A DNA stretch of 64,000 nucleotides from Candidatus Latescibacterota bacterium (GTDB taxonomy: Bacteria; Latescibacterota; UBA2968; UBA8231): positions 3,136,001 through 3,200,000 of the forward strand of contig OZ244561.1 in the NCBI GenBank assembly GCA_965217585.1. The letters are read 5' to 3'. The position numbers were made by a program, and so were the translations under genes. Shown here piece by piece: positions 17,122 through 27,030 of the stretch (position 1 is the first letter of the stretch; each line of letters begins with the position of its first letter). The notes beneath the pieces are model-generated. The model saw nothing but the letters and a program-made list of their open reading frames with translations. It was not told where the DNA came from and searched no databases.

Positions 17122-17888
17122 GCGTACCCCATCCCATCCAGATCCACGACATGACCATTGCCTACCACAAGAAGCCGGTGCTGTGGGACGTCGATCTCGA
17201 TGTGCCCGAAGGGCAGCTCGTGGGCATCATCGGTCCCAACGGCTCGGGCAAAAGCACCATGATCAAGGCCGTTATGGATCTCGTACCCAAGGCGTCGGGA
17301 TGGGTCAAAATCTACGGCGAGGACTACCGCCAGATGCGCAAGATCATCGGCTATGTACCGCAGCGCGAGTCCGTGGATTGGGACTTCCCCATCAGCGCGC
17401 TCGACGTGGTGCTGATGGGCCGCTACGGCCACGTGGGATGGATGCGGCGGCCGCGCAAGGAAGATCGCCGCTTGGCTTGGGCGGCCCTCGACGAGGTGGG
17501 CATGGCCTCCTTTGCCGAGCGGCAAATAAGCCAGCTATCGGGCGGCCAGCAGCAGCGGGTCTTTCTCGCCCGCGCCTTGGCCCAAGAGGCCCGCATCTAC
17601 ATCATGGACGAGCCGCTTGCCGGCGTGGATGCGGCGACCGAGCGCGCGATTATCGCCAGCTTGATCGCCCTGCGCCAGCAGGGAAAAACCATCTTGGTCG
17701 TACACCACGACTTGCAAACCGTAACCGAATACTTCGATTGGGTCATCATGCTCAATATGCGGGTCGTGGCGTCCGGCCCAACCCGCGAGGTCTTTACCGA
17801 CGCCAACCTGCAAAAAACCTATGGAGGCCGGCTGACCGTGCTCTCGCAGGCCGCCCAAGCCATGGCTGAGCAGCGGCGCGAGGGCTGA
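17118..17888 (+). CDS. troB: Metal ABC transporter ATP-binding protein (TroB-like)
   Basis: GPNGSGKST, LSGGQQQR, MDEP, 'VHHDL'. Confidence 0.93.
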   Translation: MSVPHPIQIHDMTIAYHKKPVLWDVDLDVPEGQLVGIIGPNGSGKSTMIKAVMDLVPKASGWVKIYGEDYRQMRKIIGYVPQRESVDWDFPISALDVVLMGRYGHVGWMRRPRKEDRRLAWAALDEVGMASFAERQISQLSGGQQQRVFLARALAQEARIYIMDEPLAGVDAATERAIIASLIALRQQGKTILVVHHDLQTVTEYFDWVIMLNMRVVASGPTREVFTDANLQKTYGGRLTVLSQAAQAMAEQRREG

Positions 17889-17890
17889 CG

Positions 17891-19219
17891 ATGCTAGTCG
17901 AAAATGCCCTGCGCTTTTTGAGCTTGGCCGACGCCAACGTGCGCTTCGTGCTGATCGGCTCCCTGCTGATCGGCGCGACCGGGGGGTTGCTGGGGTCGTT
18001 TGCGGTGTTGCGGCGGCGCAGCCTCGTCGGCGACGCGCTGGCGCACGCGGCCCTGCCCGGGGTGGCGTTGGCCTATCTGTGGACTGGGAGCAAGGCCCTG
18101 CCGGTGCTGCTGACGGGCGCGGCGATTTCCGGGGTGCTCGGCGTGTTGGTGATGCAGTTCATCATCAACTTTACCCGCATCAAAGCGGATGCGGCCATCG
18201 GCATTGTGCTGTCGGTATTTTTTGGCGTGGGGATCGTGCTGTTGACCCACGTTCAGCGGGTCGGCACGGGCAATCAGAGCGGCTTGGACAAGTTCCTCTT
18301 TGGGCAAGCCGCCTCACTGGTGGATGACGACCTGCGCGTAATGAGCGTGCTGGCGGGCTTCATCATCCTCGCGGTGGCCTTGTTTTTTAAGGAGTTCAAG
18401 GCGCTGATTTTCGACGCAGACTTTTTGCAGACGCTCGGCTACTCGTCCCGCTGGATCGACGCCTTGCTGATGGGGTTGATTGCGCTGACGGTGATCGTGG
18501 GCTTGCAGGCTGTCGGCGTGGTGCTGATTGCGGCCATGCTCATCACGCCCGCCGTGGCGGCCCGCTTTTGGACCGAGCAGTTGCACAAGATGGTGCTGCT
18601 CGCCGCTGCTTTCGGGGGGTTGTCGGGGGCCGTCGGCACCTTCATCAGCTCCTTGGTGCCGCGGATTCCCACCGGCCCGGTGATGGTACTCATCGCCACC
18701 TTGTGCTTTGTGGTCTCGGCTCTTTTTGCGCCTCGGCGAGGGGTGTTGGCGCGGTGGCGCAGGCAGCGGCACAACAGCCGCCGCGAGAGCCGACAGCACT
18801 TTTTGCGCGCCTGCATCGAGCTGCAAGAGAAGCTGGGGACGGGCCGCTCCTTGGCCGTGGAAGAGCTGGCCATTGAGATGGGCCTGTCGCCGGACCGGGT
18901 CAAACGCCTTGGGCGGCGGCTCGCCGAGAAGGGACTAGTCTCCGATCAAAGTGGGCATTTCACCCTGACGGCCCTAGGCGCGGAGGAAGGGCTTTTCGTG
19001 GTCAAATCACACCGTTTGTGGGAGCACTATTTGTATTATCGGGCCATACTCGACGCCGATCACGTGGATCGGCCCGCCGACGAAGTCGAGCACTTGCTGA
19101 CGCCGGAAATCATCGCCCAGCTAGAGGACATCCTCCAGCGCGAGCAAGGGCTGGACCCGGCCCGGATCGTCAATATCCACGGCACCGGCAGCCACTACCG
19201 CCGGGGAGGCCGCGAATGA
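17891..19219 (+). CDS. troC: Metal ABC permease (TroC-like) fused to a DtxR-like wHTH/metal-binding domain
   Basis: 'GDALAHAALPG' ABC-3 motif; C-terminal 'LT..G...SHRLWEHYL...ADEVEH'. Confidence 0.88.
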   Translation: MLVENALRFLSLADANVRFVLIGSLLIGATGGLLGSFAVLRRRSLVGDALAHAALPGVALAYLWTGSKALPVLLTGAAISGVLGVLVMQFIINFTRIKADAAIGIVLSVFFGVGIVLLTHVQRVGTGNQSGLDKFLFGQAASLVDDDLRVMSVLAGFIILAVALFFKEFKALIFDADFLQTLGYSSRWIDALLMGLIALTVIVGLQAVGVVLIAAMLITPAVAARFWTEQLHKMVLLAAAFGGLSGAVGTFISSLVPRIPTGPVMVLIATLCFVVSALFAPRRGVLARWRRQRHNSRRESRQHFLRACIELQEKLGTGRSLAVEELAIEMGLSPDRVKRLGRRLAEKGLVSDQSGHFTLTALGAEEGLFVVKSHRLWEHYLYYRAILDADHVDRPADEVEHLLTPEIIAQLEDILQREQGLDPARIVNIHGTGSHYRRGGRE

Positions 19220-20493
19220 TCGAAGGCGCTTTCTGGATCGTACTTACCGGTGTGTTGGTTACCGCGTCCTGCGCCCTGTTGGGCACCTTCTTAGTGCTGC
19301 GCAAGATGTCGCTATTGGGCGACGCTTTGAGCCACGCCGTGCTGCCTGGGATCGCCGTGGCCTTCCTGCTGTCGGGCAGCCGCGCGGTGCTGCCGATGTT
19401 TTTGGGGGCAGCCGCCTTCGGCTTGTTGACCGCGCTGTTAGTCGAGGCATTTCACCGGCGGTGGCGCGTGCAAGAGGACGCGGCCATCGGCATTGTGTTT
19501 ACCGCGCTTTTCGCGCTGGGCGTGGTGATCATCACCGCGTATGCCGGTCAAGTGGATCTCGATCAGGAGTGCGTGCTCTACGGCGAGATCGCCTATACCC
19601 CTTGGGATCTGCTGCTGTGGGGAGACGAGTCGCTGGGGCCGCGGCCAGTGTGGATATTGGGCGCGGTGCTGGCGATTAACCTGATTGTGATCGCGCTCTT
19701 GTACAAGGAATTCAAGATCTCCGCGTTCGATCCGGCCATGGCCATGTCGGTGGGGATCAACGCCGCGCTGATGCACTATCTGTTGATGGGGTTGGTGGCG
19801 CTGACCACGGTGGCGTCGTTTGAGTCCGTGGGCGCGATTTTGGTCGTGGCCATGCTGATCGTGCCCGGGGCAGCCGCCTACCTGTGGAGCGACCGGCTCA
19901 TCGCGGTGCTGGGGTTGGCCGTGTTCTTTGGGATGGCCTCGGCCGTGGCGGGTTATTTTTTGGCCAGCTTCTGGAATAGCTCCATCGCCGGCGCTATGGT
20001 GGTGGTCATCGGCGGGATATTCCTCTTTTCTTTGCTTTTTTCACCCAATCAGGGCGTGCTGGCGCGGGTCTATCAGCGCGTGCGGCTGTCGCTACAAGTG
20101 GCGCAAGATCACATGCTGCTCGCGCTAGTGCGGCGCAAGGAGAAGGAGGCCGAGCGCGCTGGGCTGCGGCCCGCCGAGCTGGTGGCGGCCGCGGCCGTTT
20201 GGAACCTGCTGGCGCGGCTGGCGTTTGGCAATCTGCGGCGGCGGCAACTGCTGGTACAGGCGAATGGCGTGGTCGAATTGTCGGCAAAGGGCCAACAAAC
20301 CGCGCTGCGCCTGTTGCGCAATCACCGGCTTTGGGAGACCTATATGAGTCATTTGGGCCTGCCCGAAGATCACGTCCACGACCCGGCCGACGCGATTGAG
20401 CACTTTATCGGCGGCGAGCTGGCAGCCGAGTTGGACGCGCAGATCAGCGACGAACAAGATCCGCAAGGCAAGCAAATCCCGCCCTCTCATTGA
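19216..20493 (+). CDS. troD: Metal ABC permease (TroD-like) fused to a DtxR-like domain
   Basis: 'GDALSHAVLPG'; C-terminal 'NHRLWETYM...HDPADAIEH...DPQGKQIP'. Confidence 0.88.
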   Translation: MIEGAFWIVLTGVLVTASCALLGTFLVLRKMSLLGDALSHAVLPGIAVAFLLSGSRAVLPMFLGAAAFGLLTALLVEAFHRRWRVQEDAAIGIVFTALFALGVVIITAYAGQVDLDQECVLYGEIAYTPWDLLLWGDESLGPRPVWILGAVLAINLIVIALLYKEFKISAFDPAMAMSVGINAALMHYLLMGLVALTTVASFESVGAILVVAMLIVPGAAAYLWSDRLIAVLGLAVFFGMASAVAGYFLASFWNSSIAGAMVVVIGGIFLFSLLFSPNQGVLARVYQRVRLSLQVAQDHMLLALVRRKEKEAERAGLRPAELVAAAAVWNLLARLAFGNLRRRQLLVQANGVVELSAKGQQTALRLLRNHRLWETYMSHLGLPEDHVHDPADAIEHFIGGELAAELDAQISDEQDPQGKQIPPSH

Positions 20494-20506
20494 TGCAGAG
20501 GCCAGC

Positions 20507-21109
20507 ATGATCCGGCTGAAGAGCAAAGATGCAGACCTCAAGCGAACCTACGCGCGGGACCTGTGGGCTTCGGTGGGGTTTGCGGTCCTGTTGCTCGCTG
20601 CGGTGGTGGCGATTGATCCGCAGATTGTATTCGATGCGAGCAGGCCCATGAAGCGTCCCGTGATTATCGAGATAGAACCCGTTCCTGCGACCGAGATGCG
20701 GCTGCCCTTGCCGCCGCCGCCGGTCCGGCGCATCGAGCCAGTGGCGTACGCGCCGCCCGTGCGCGAGCATAAACTGCCGCCACCCGTAGTGGTGACCGAG
20801 TTTCCTTTGGAGACGGAAGAGGAGGTTGCGGAGTTGTGGATGGTGGAGCAGCCGCCGAAAGTGCTTAAGAAGGTTATGCCGGCCTATCCCGACAGTGCGC
20901 GGAGAGCATTGGTGGAGGGCAAGGTCTTTGTGCGGGTGTTGGTGGGGCGAGAGGGGCGGGTCGAGCACATCGACCGCATCGAGGGGCCGCAGGTCTTTCA
21001 GCGCGTGGTGGCGCAGGCCGCCAAGGCTTGGGAGTTTGCGCCGGCTGTGCAAAACGACCGCGCCGTCCCAGTGTGGGTCAGTTTGCCGTTTGTGTTTGAG
21101 CTGGAGTAA
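20507..21109 (+). CDS. Energy transducer TonB family protein
   Basis: N-terminal TM helix, Pro-rich linker, 'YP..AR...VEGKV.V', 'W.F.PA.Q...V.VW..LPF.F'. Confidence 0.85.
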   Translation: MIRLKSKDADLKRTYARDLWASVGFAVLLLAAVVAIDPQIVFDASRPMKRPVIIEIEPVPATEMRLPLPPPPVRRIEPVAYAPPVREHKLPPPVVVTEFPLETEEEVAELWMVEQPPKVLKKVMPAYPDSARRALVEGKVFVRVLVGREGRVEHIDRIEGPQVFQRVVAQAAKAWEFAPAVQNDRAVPVWVSLPFVFELE

Positions 21110-21430
21110 TCAGCCGCCAGCGCGCTTGGCCTGATAGCCGCGCTTGGCTAGCTCGGCGAGTACGACTTCCACTTTATCCCCCTGAATTTCTATTACGCGA
21201 TCGACGACCGACCCACCGCTGCCGCATTTGCGCTTGAGTTCAGAGGCGAAGGCTTTCAGTTCGGCTGCGGACAACCGCAGGCCCGAGACCGTGGTGACAG
21301 TCTTGCCGCCGCGGCCCTTTTTCTCGCGGCGCACGCGGGCGATACCGTCGCCAGTGGGTGCCGCATCTTGCTTTTTCGGCGGCGGTACGCGGCCGGTATC
21401 AGAGGAATACACAAGGCGGCTTTTAGCCAT
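21110..21430 (-). CDS. yciH: Translation initiation factor SUI1/YciH
   Basis: 'LVYSSD', 'KGRGGKTVT', 'LKRKCGSGG', 'IEIQGD'. Confidence 0.92.
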   Translation of the reverse strand: MAKSRLVYSSDTGRVPPPKKQDAAPTGDGIARVRREKKGRGGKTVTTVSGLRLSAAELKAFASELKRKCGSGGSVVDRVIEIQGDKVEVVLAELAKRGYQAKRAGG

Positions 21431-22235
21431 GATTGGGATTCTCCATCCCGTGTCCTGCCGCCCGCCGTTCTTGGACTAGGCGCAAGGTCTCGTCGCGCCA
21501 CGCTGCAAACCCGTCGGTATCCACTGCGTCGTGCAGGGTCGCCCTTTTGGCGTAGGGCACGTAGTTGCCGATGTGCCATAGCGTATTGCGGTAGAGGCAG
21601 AAGTCGCCGGCGTCGAGGAAGAGCTGCCGGGCACCGGGCATACTCTGTACATAGCTGAGGCAGGTCCGCTCGCGTTCGGTAGCGGATTGTCCTTCGAGAT
21701 CGGGCGTGGCAATGGGGCGCTCGGGGAAACGAGTGCGCTCGCACGGCAGGTCGCGGCGCAGGTGGCTGCCGGGGACGACCCACGTGCATGAGTCGGCGTA
21801 CAGGGCGCAGTTGACTTGGTTGAAGTAGCGGTCGTCGGCAAAGTGCTCGTCCCAGCGCGCCAGTTCCAAGCCGGGCATATTGTCGCGCCAGTCGCGGTGC
21901 CAGTGGGTACACCACGGCCACTCGGCCGGCTCGAAGAGTACGCCCATGATCTGCGGGCCGCCGACGCGAAACGCCGGCGAGAGTAAGCGGTGCAGAGCGT
22001 CGTTGAGCGCCGGGAGCGCGACGTAGTCGGCGAAGGGCTGCTGGTCGAGCGGAAAGTCGGCCATCGGCTGCAAGCGCTGGGCTTGGGGGCCACGCTGTTG
22101 ACGAGCCAAGTCCCGCGCCTTGTCGCAGACTCGGCGTAGGTCGGCGACGAGGGAAGGCGGCAGGATTTGGCGGAAGACCGTGTAGCCCTGCGTGCGGTAC
22201 TCGTCGATGTGGCGGTCGGAAAAGGCGAAGGCCAT
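21423..22235 (-). CDS. Phytanoyl-CoA dioxygenase (PhyH) family protein
   Basis: 'WHRD', 'VVPGSH', 'L.AGD', 'WH.G', 'RATL'. Confidence 0.85.
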   Translation of the reverse strand: MAFAFSDRHIDEYRTQGYTVFRQILPPSLVADLRRVCDKARDLARQQRGPQAQRLQPMADFPLDQQPFADYVALPALNDALHRLLSPAFRVGGPQIMGVLFEPAEWPWCTHWHRDWRDNMPGLELARWDEHFADDRYFNQVNCALYADSCTWVVPGSHLRRDLPCERTRFPERPIATPDLEGQSATERERTCLSYVQSMPGARQLFLDAGDFCLYRNTLWHIGNYVPYAKRATLHDAVDTDGFAAWRDETLRLVQERRAAGHGMENPNHG

Positions 22236-22244
22236 GGCGGGGTC

Positions 22245-22955
22245 TCAGACGTGCGCCACGTGAAAGCCTTGGGGCGGCTCGAAGTGCTCGGCGCGTTTGC
22301 CGATATAGTGGCAGATGAAACTGCGCCGCCAGCGGTCGGCGGTCTGGTTGGGGTAGGAGCCGTGGATGGTCTTGCCGGCGAAGAAGAGGCCGTCGCCCGG
22401 AGCCATGTCGAGACCGACGATTGCCGCCCCGGGAGGTAGCTGGCTCTGCGCGCGGGTAAAAGAAACATTCGTGTCGGCTTTTTCAACGGGCCGGAGTTGG
22501 CCGTGCGAGCCGGGGACGACGACCATCTGACCCACGGCGTCGTCGGACGGGTCTAGGGCGATCCACAGGCCGATCAGTGGTTTGGTAGTGATGTACTGCT
22601 CGTCTTGGTGCAGGCCCTGACCACGGCCGCCGGGCGGCTTGAAGTAGAGCATAGTCTGGCGCAGGACAGGCTCGTCGTTGATGAGCTGTTCGACCGCGGC
22701 GAGCAGATCGGGGCGGGTAGCCCAAGTGGCGCTGGCGGGGTCCCAGTCGTGCATGTTGATCATGCGCGGGTAGGTGTGGTTGGGATCGTCGGGTCGGTCG
22801 TCGGTACCGCCGCTGTCGCCCGGATGGGGGCCTTGGGCACGCAGTTCCATGTAGTGGTCAATCATGGCTTCGGCTTGGTCGGGTGCGAACACCTTGGGCA
22901 CGGTGAGGTAGCCTTGGTCGCGGTAGGATTGTACTTGGGCGGCGTTGAGCTTCAC
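22245..22955 (-). CDS. Phytanoyl-CoA dioxygenase (PhyH) family protein
   Basis: 'FKPPG', 'LHQD', 'WIALD', 'VPGSH', 'HGS.PN', 'RRS'. Confidence 0.9.
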   Translation of the reverse strand: MKLNAAQVQSYRDQGYLTVPKVFAPDQAEAMIDHYMELRAQGPHPGDSGGTDDRPDDPNHTYPRMINMHDWDPASATWATRPDLLAAVEQLINDEPVLRQTMLYFKPPGGRGQGLHQDEQYITTKPLIGLWIALDPSDDAVGQMVVVPGSHGQLRPVEKADTNVSFTRAQSQLPPGAAIVGLDMAPGDGLFFAGKTIHGSYPNQTADRWRRSFICHYIGKRAEHFEPPQGFHVAHV

Positions 22956-23032
22956 GGTGGGTTACTCCCTAAGTGATGGGTATCTGCTCCGTAACTTAGT
23001 GAACAGGGTCACGGGCTTCAACCAATGGCGAT

Positions 23033-24172
23033 TTACCATTCGGTTACGCGCTTCTTGGCGAAATAAGCCCGGTCCCACTCGGCTCCCCAGCCGGGGCCAG
23101 CCGGTGGCGCAATGTGACCATCGACGGGCAGTGGGGGATTGAGTAGGCCGATCTCGCGGCCGATCTCGTCGCGGCTACCACCGGGGAAGTACTCGTAATA
23201 AGTGGTGTTTTGCAGGGCGCAGACTAGGTGGGCGTGGACTAGGCCAAAAAGGCCGCCCGGACCGTTGAATTCGATGGTGGTGCGATAGGCAGCGGCCATC
23301 GCGGCGAGTTTGAGGGTGGCCGTGGTGCCGTGGCGGGCATTGGCGCGGACGAGATCCGTGGCATTGGCGCGGACCCAAGCGGTGCAGATCTCGTAATCGT
23401 GCATCAGGGTCTCAAGGGCCATGACTGGGATGTCGAGTTCGGCGCACAGCGTTTGCAAGCCCTGGAGGTCGCGGTCGGAAATGGCCTCCTCGAACCAGCC
23501 GTAGTTGAGTTCTTCCAGCGCACGGCCAACGCGCAGGGCTTCGCGCAGGGTATAGGGGCTGCCGGCCGCGTCGTGTAACAGATCAATGTCGGGACCGACG
23601 TGATCGCGGATGGCACGCGACCAAGCGATATTGGTGTCGGGGGGGCCGGACCAATGGTCTTTGAGCGCCACAAAGCCCGCTGCGAGCGCCTTATCTGCGC
23701 CTTCTAGGGCGGCGTCGAGACTGCCGGAAGGGAAGTTGTAATAAGCCCGGCAACGCGGACGCGCCCGGCCGATTAGGGCGCAGATCGGGAGGCCGGCGGC
23801 TTGCCCGGCGATGTCCCAGAGGCAATTGTCGAAAGCCCCGTGCCAGCCCGGGCGCGAAAACAGCGAACGGGTGGCCCAGCGCAGCTTGTCGTCGAGCTGC
23901 TCGCGGTCGAGCGGGTCTTGGCCGATGGCCATGATTCGCAGGGCCTCTAGTTCCTCGCGGCGCATGGTCTGGTAGCGGGCGTCGCCGACCGTGCAGATGC
24001 CCTCCAAGCCTTCGTCGGTCAGCACGTGCAGCACGTGGATGGGGGCCTCGGCGCGGTGGTGGCCGTGGGGCTGCCAGCGGGTGCGATGGCCGTAGGGGAC
24101 TTGTTCTAGATCGAAGAGGGGAGTGGTGGCTGGAAGCTCGAAAACCGAGAGTTTGATGGCCGTGATTTTCAC
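23033..24172 (-). CDS. Mandelate racemase/enolase superfamily enzyme
   Basis: 'DNCLWDI.G..AGLP', 'HD', 'WFEE', 'P..PGWG'. Confidence 0.85.
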   Translation of the reverse strand: MKITAIKLSVFELPATTPLFDLEQVPYGHRTRWQPHGHHRAEAPIHVLHVLTDEGLEGICTVGDARYQTMRREELEALRIMAIGQDPLDREQLDDKLRWATRSLFSRPGWHGAFDNCLWDIAGQAAGLPICALIGRARPRCRAYYNFPSGSLDAALEGADKALAAGFVALKDHWSGPPDTNIAWSRAIRDHVGPDIDLLHDAAGSPYTLREALRVGRALEELNYGWFEEAISDRDLQGLQTLCAELDIPVMALETLMHDYEICTAWVRANATDLVRANARHGTTATLKLAAMAAAYRTTIEFNGPGGLFGLVHAHLVCALQNTTYYEYFPGGSRDEIGREIGLLNPPLPVDGHIAPPAGPGWGAEWDRAYFAKKRVTEW

Positions 24173-24286
24173 AAGTTTTGCGCAGGTTGAGGTGGAAATG
24201 GGCCACCAGCGGGCCGATATAGTGCGCCGAGCGTGGCGCTATCTGTTGAATCCATTTTCCCCATGAAAGAGTCCTTGAATCCACCG

Positions 24287-24604
24287 CTAGCGAACGGCTT
24301 GGACTTTGAAGTGTAATCCTTCGCGCTTTTGAAGGCATCCGATAATCTCAAATAGGTTCCGAGCTTGGGGGTTGCCGTTGGGGCTGAACATGCGCATCAA
24401 GCTCTTGGGCGACTTCGCGGTCAACCCGCCTAGCTCCTGAAAACCAATGGTCGCGTTGATGTAGTCGCGCAATACCGCCTTGCCGGTGTCCATATCGCCC
24501 GAAAGCAGGCTCTCGACCCCTTCCTTGAGCAGTTCCTCGCGGAAGGTCGGATCGCGCGCTATGCGCGCTTGGATCGTTTCCTTGAAATTTCGCGTCAGAA
24601 CCAT
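24287..24604 (-). CDS. Addiction-module antitoxin (HTH DNA-binding)
   Basis: 'LRDYINATIGF..L...KSLMRM..P.GNP'; directly downstream of the toxin. Confidence 0.8.
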   Translation of the reverse strand: MVLTRNFKETIQARIARDPTFREELLKEGVESLLSGDMDTGKAVLRDYINATIGFQELGGLTAKSPKSLMRMFSPNGNPQARNLFEIIGCLQKREGLHFKVQAVR

Positions 24605-24609
24605 AGTTT

Positions 24610-24945
24610 TCAAACCTCCCGTCGCTTGCGTCGCTTATATTCCCGCCAGAATTCTCGGGCGGTCTCAATATCTTGTTGCTGGGACCTCTTGGTTCCACCG
24701 CCCAAGAGGATGACCAGGGTATCGCCTTCCTTGCCGAAGTAGACCCGGTAGCCAGGACCAAAGTCTATCCGGCATTCGAGGACACCGCCACCCACGCCCT
24801 TAGCGTTGGAAAGATTTCCTTGCTCCATCCGGATCAGCGCCATCGCTACTTTGGCCGCGGCTTGAGCGTTGAGTCGATTGAACCATCTAGCGTAGGGGCT
24901 ACGTCCTTTGGGGTCGATGTATTCCCTGATCTCGGTCATCGACAA
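24610..24945 (-). CDS. RelE/ParE-family addiction module toxin
   Basis: 'G.SPY..W', 'K.VGGGV.E.RIDFGPGYRVYF', 'LLGGG.K..QQ.DI..A'. Confidence 0.88.
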   Translation of the reverse strand: MSMTEIREYIDPKGRSPYARWFNRLNAQAAAKVAMALIRMEQGNLSNAKGVGGGVLECRIDFGPGYRVYFGKEGDTLVILLGGGTKRSQQQDIETAREFWREYKRRKRREV

Positions 24946-25019
24946 TAGGTAACGGATATGGCACCATTTGGCAAGCCCTGTCCTCGACCTACCGGAACCT
25001 TATGCGGAGGTGCTTCTGT

Positions 25020-26009
25020 TCACGCCTTCTCGCCGCGCACAAATTGCTCCAACGTGGCCACGTCGTCTCTGCTGCCGATGAATAGCGGCGTCCGTTGGTG
25101 TAGCTCGGTCGCTTGCAAGTCCATAATGGGCTGGGTTCCGTTGGAGGCTGCGCCGCCGGCTTGTTCGACGACAAAGGCCAAGGGCGCGGCTTCGTACAAG
25201 AGGCGCAGCTTGCCGTTGGGCGACTTGCTGTCGCTGGGGTAGAGGAAGATGCCGCCCTTGAGCAGATTGCGGTGGAAGTCGGCCACGAGCGAGCCGATGT
25301 AGCGCGCCGAGTAGGATTGCGGACCTTCTTTGAGCTGATCGACGTAGCGGCGCACCGGCGCATCCCACCTGGGATAATTGCCCTCGTTGGCGCTGTAGTA
25401 CTGACCTTTCCTGGGGATTTCGATGTGCTCGTTGGAAAGCAGAAATTCGCCGAGGCTTGGGTCGAGGGTGAAGCCGTGGCTGCCGCGGCCGGTGGTATAG
25501 ACCAGCATAGTGCTGGAGCCGTAGATGATGTAGCCGGCGCAGACTTGCTCGTGGCCGCAGCGGAGAAAATCTGCGCGGGTTACGCTGCCGGTGCTTTTCT
25601 TGCGGTAGATGGAGAAGATGGTGCCGATGGAGACGTTCACGTCTATATTGGACGAGCCGTCAACCGGATCGAAGACGAGGATGTAGTTGCCGCGCGGGTG
25701 TCTTTCCGGGATAGGATAAATGTCGTCCATCTCTTCGGAAGCCATGCCGGCCAGCCGCCCGGTGTGGTCGGTGGTGCTGATGATGAGCGCATTGGCGAAC
25801 TCGTCGAGTTTTTGCACCTCTTCGCCGTGGACGTTGGTGCGGCCGGTCAGGCCCATTACTTCGGCGAGACCGGCCTTGTTGACGTCGCGGGCGATGATTT
25901 TGGCGGCAATGCTCAGGTCGGTGAGCAGGCCGGTGAATTCGCCGGTGGCCTCGGGGTGCTGCCGCTCTTCTTCGATGATGAAGCGAGTGAGGGTGGTGCC
26001 GATTTGCAT
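25020..26009 (-). CDS. fbp: Fructose-1,6-bisphosphatase class 1
   Basis: '[11 protein letters not shown]', 'SEE', '[11 protein letters not shown]', '[11 protein letters not shown]', '[10 protein letters not shown]'. Confidence 0.95.
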   Translation of the reverse strand: MQIGTTLTRFIIEEERQHPEATGEFTGLLTDLSIAAKIIARDVNKAGLAEVMGLTGRTNVHGEEVQKLDEFANALIISTTDHTGRLAGMASEEMDDIYPIPERHPRGNYILVFDPVDGSSNIDVNVSIGTIFSIYRKKSTGSVTRADFLRCGHEQVCAGYIIYGSSTMLVYTTGRGSHGFTLDPSLGEFLLSNEHIEIPRKGQYYSANEGNYPRWDAPVRRYVDQLKEGPQSYSARYIGSLVADFHRNLLKGGIFLYPSDSKSPNGKLRLLYEAAPLAFVVEQAGGAASNGTQPIMDLQATELHQRTPLFIGSRDDVATLEQFVRGEKA

Positions 26010-26123
26010 GAGGGGCCTTGCATCAATTGAGGGTGTTTGACATGGGATAGGATAAAACAATAAAATCCCGTCTCTTCTGTCCATTCATTAAATTCGCAAC
26101 GCTACTGAGGAGAACGAGAGACA

Positions 26124-26942
26124 ATGATCAAATTGGCGACTATGAGCAGCGCGTGTCCAGACTGGACCTTGGACGAGGTCGTCGCCGGTATGAAGCGGCA
26201 CGGCTATCAGGGGTTTGAGCCGCGCGTCGAATGGGATCATGCCTGCGGCATTGAGGCTGCGCTTGCGGCCGCAGAGCGGCGAGAAATTCGCCGGCGGATG
26301 GAGGACGAGGGGCTGGAAATTTGTTGTATTGCTACGGGTGCGCGGATGGCTGCGCCCGACGCGGCAGAGCAGGCCGGGCACGTGGAGAACGTGAAAAAGT
26401 ACATTGACTTGGCGGCTGATTTGGGCTGTGGCTTGGTGCGGGTTTTCGGCGGCCAGCGCGACCGGAGCCGCGAGTGGACTGCGGTTGTCGATTACGTGGT
26501 GGAGGGTTTTGCGCAGGTATTGCCCGCAGCGGCTGGACGCGGTGTGACGTTGCTGCTGGAGACGCATGACGATTGGTGCTGCTCGGCCCCGGTACGCGCG
26601 GTTGTCGAGCGGGCCGGGCACCCGAGTTTGCAGGTACTGTGGGACTTTATGCACACGCAGCGGATGCTGGAAGAGCCAGCCGAGAGCTTCCGGCTGCTGG
26701 GCGCGCACACGCGCCACATTCATGCCCACGACGGGATGATTGTCGATGGCAGGGTGCAGGTCAGCGATGTGCTGGGCACGGGTGTCTTCGATCACGCCGA
26801 GCCGCTGCGTTTACTCGCTGAGGCTGGATTTGCTGGGTATTGCTCGGTGGAAGTGATCTACAAGCGAGGCAGCGGAGATCGGGCCGATGCGGTGCTTGGG
26901 CAATATGCCGAGGGGCTGCGGGGGATTGTGGCTGGTTTTTGA
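26124..26942 (+). CDS. Sugar phosphate isomerase/epimerase (xylose isomerase-like TIM barrel)
   Basis: 'VRVFGG', 'LETHD', 'WD..H', 'HIH.HD', 'SVE'. Confidence 0.85.
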   Translation: MIKLATMSSACPDWTLDEVVAGMKRHGYQGFEPRVEWDHACGIEAALAAAERREIRRRMEDEGLEICCIATGARMAAPDAAEQAGHVENVKKYIDLAADLGCGLVRVFGGQRDRSREWTAVVDYVVEGFAQVLPAAAGRGVTLLLETHDDWCCSAPVRAVVERAGHPSLQVLWDFMHTQRMLEEPAESFRLLGAHTRHIHAHDGMIVDGRVQVSDVLGTGVFDHAEPLRLLAEAGFAGYCSVEVIYKRGSGDRADAVLGQYAEGLRGIVAGF

Positions 26943-27030
26943 GTGGCCAACGGTTAGTAAGTCCCTATCTTAAAGCCGCTTTTGCGGGCGAGACGCTCGC
27001 GTCCCCAAACGACAAAACGGAGCGCAATAC

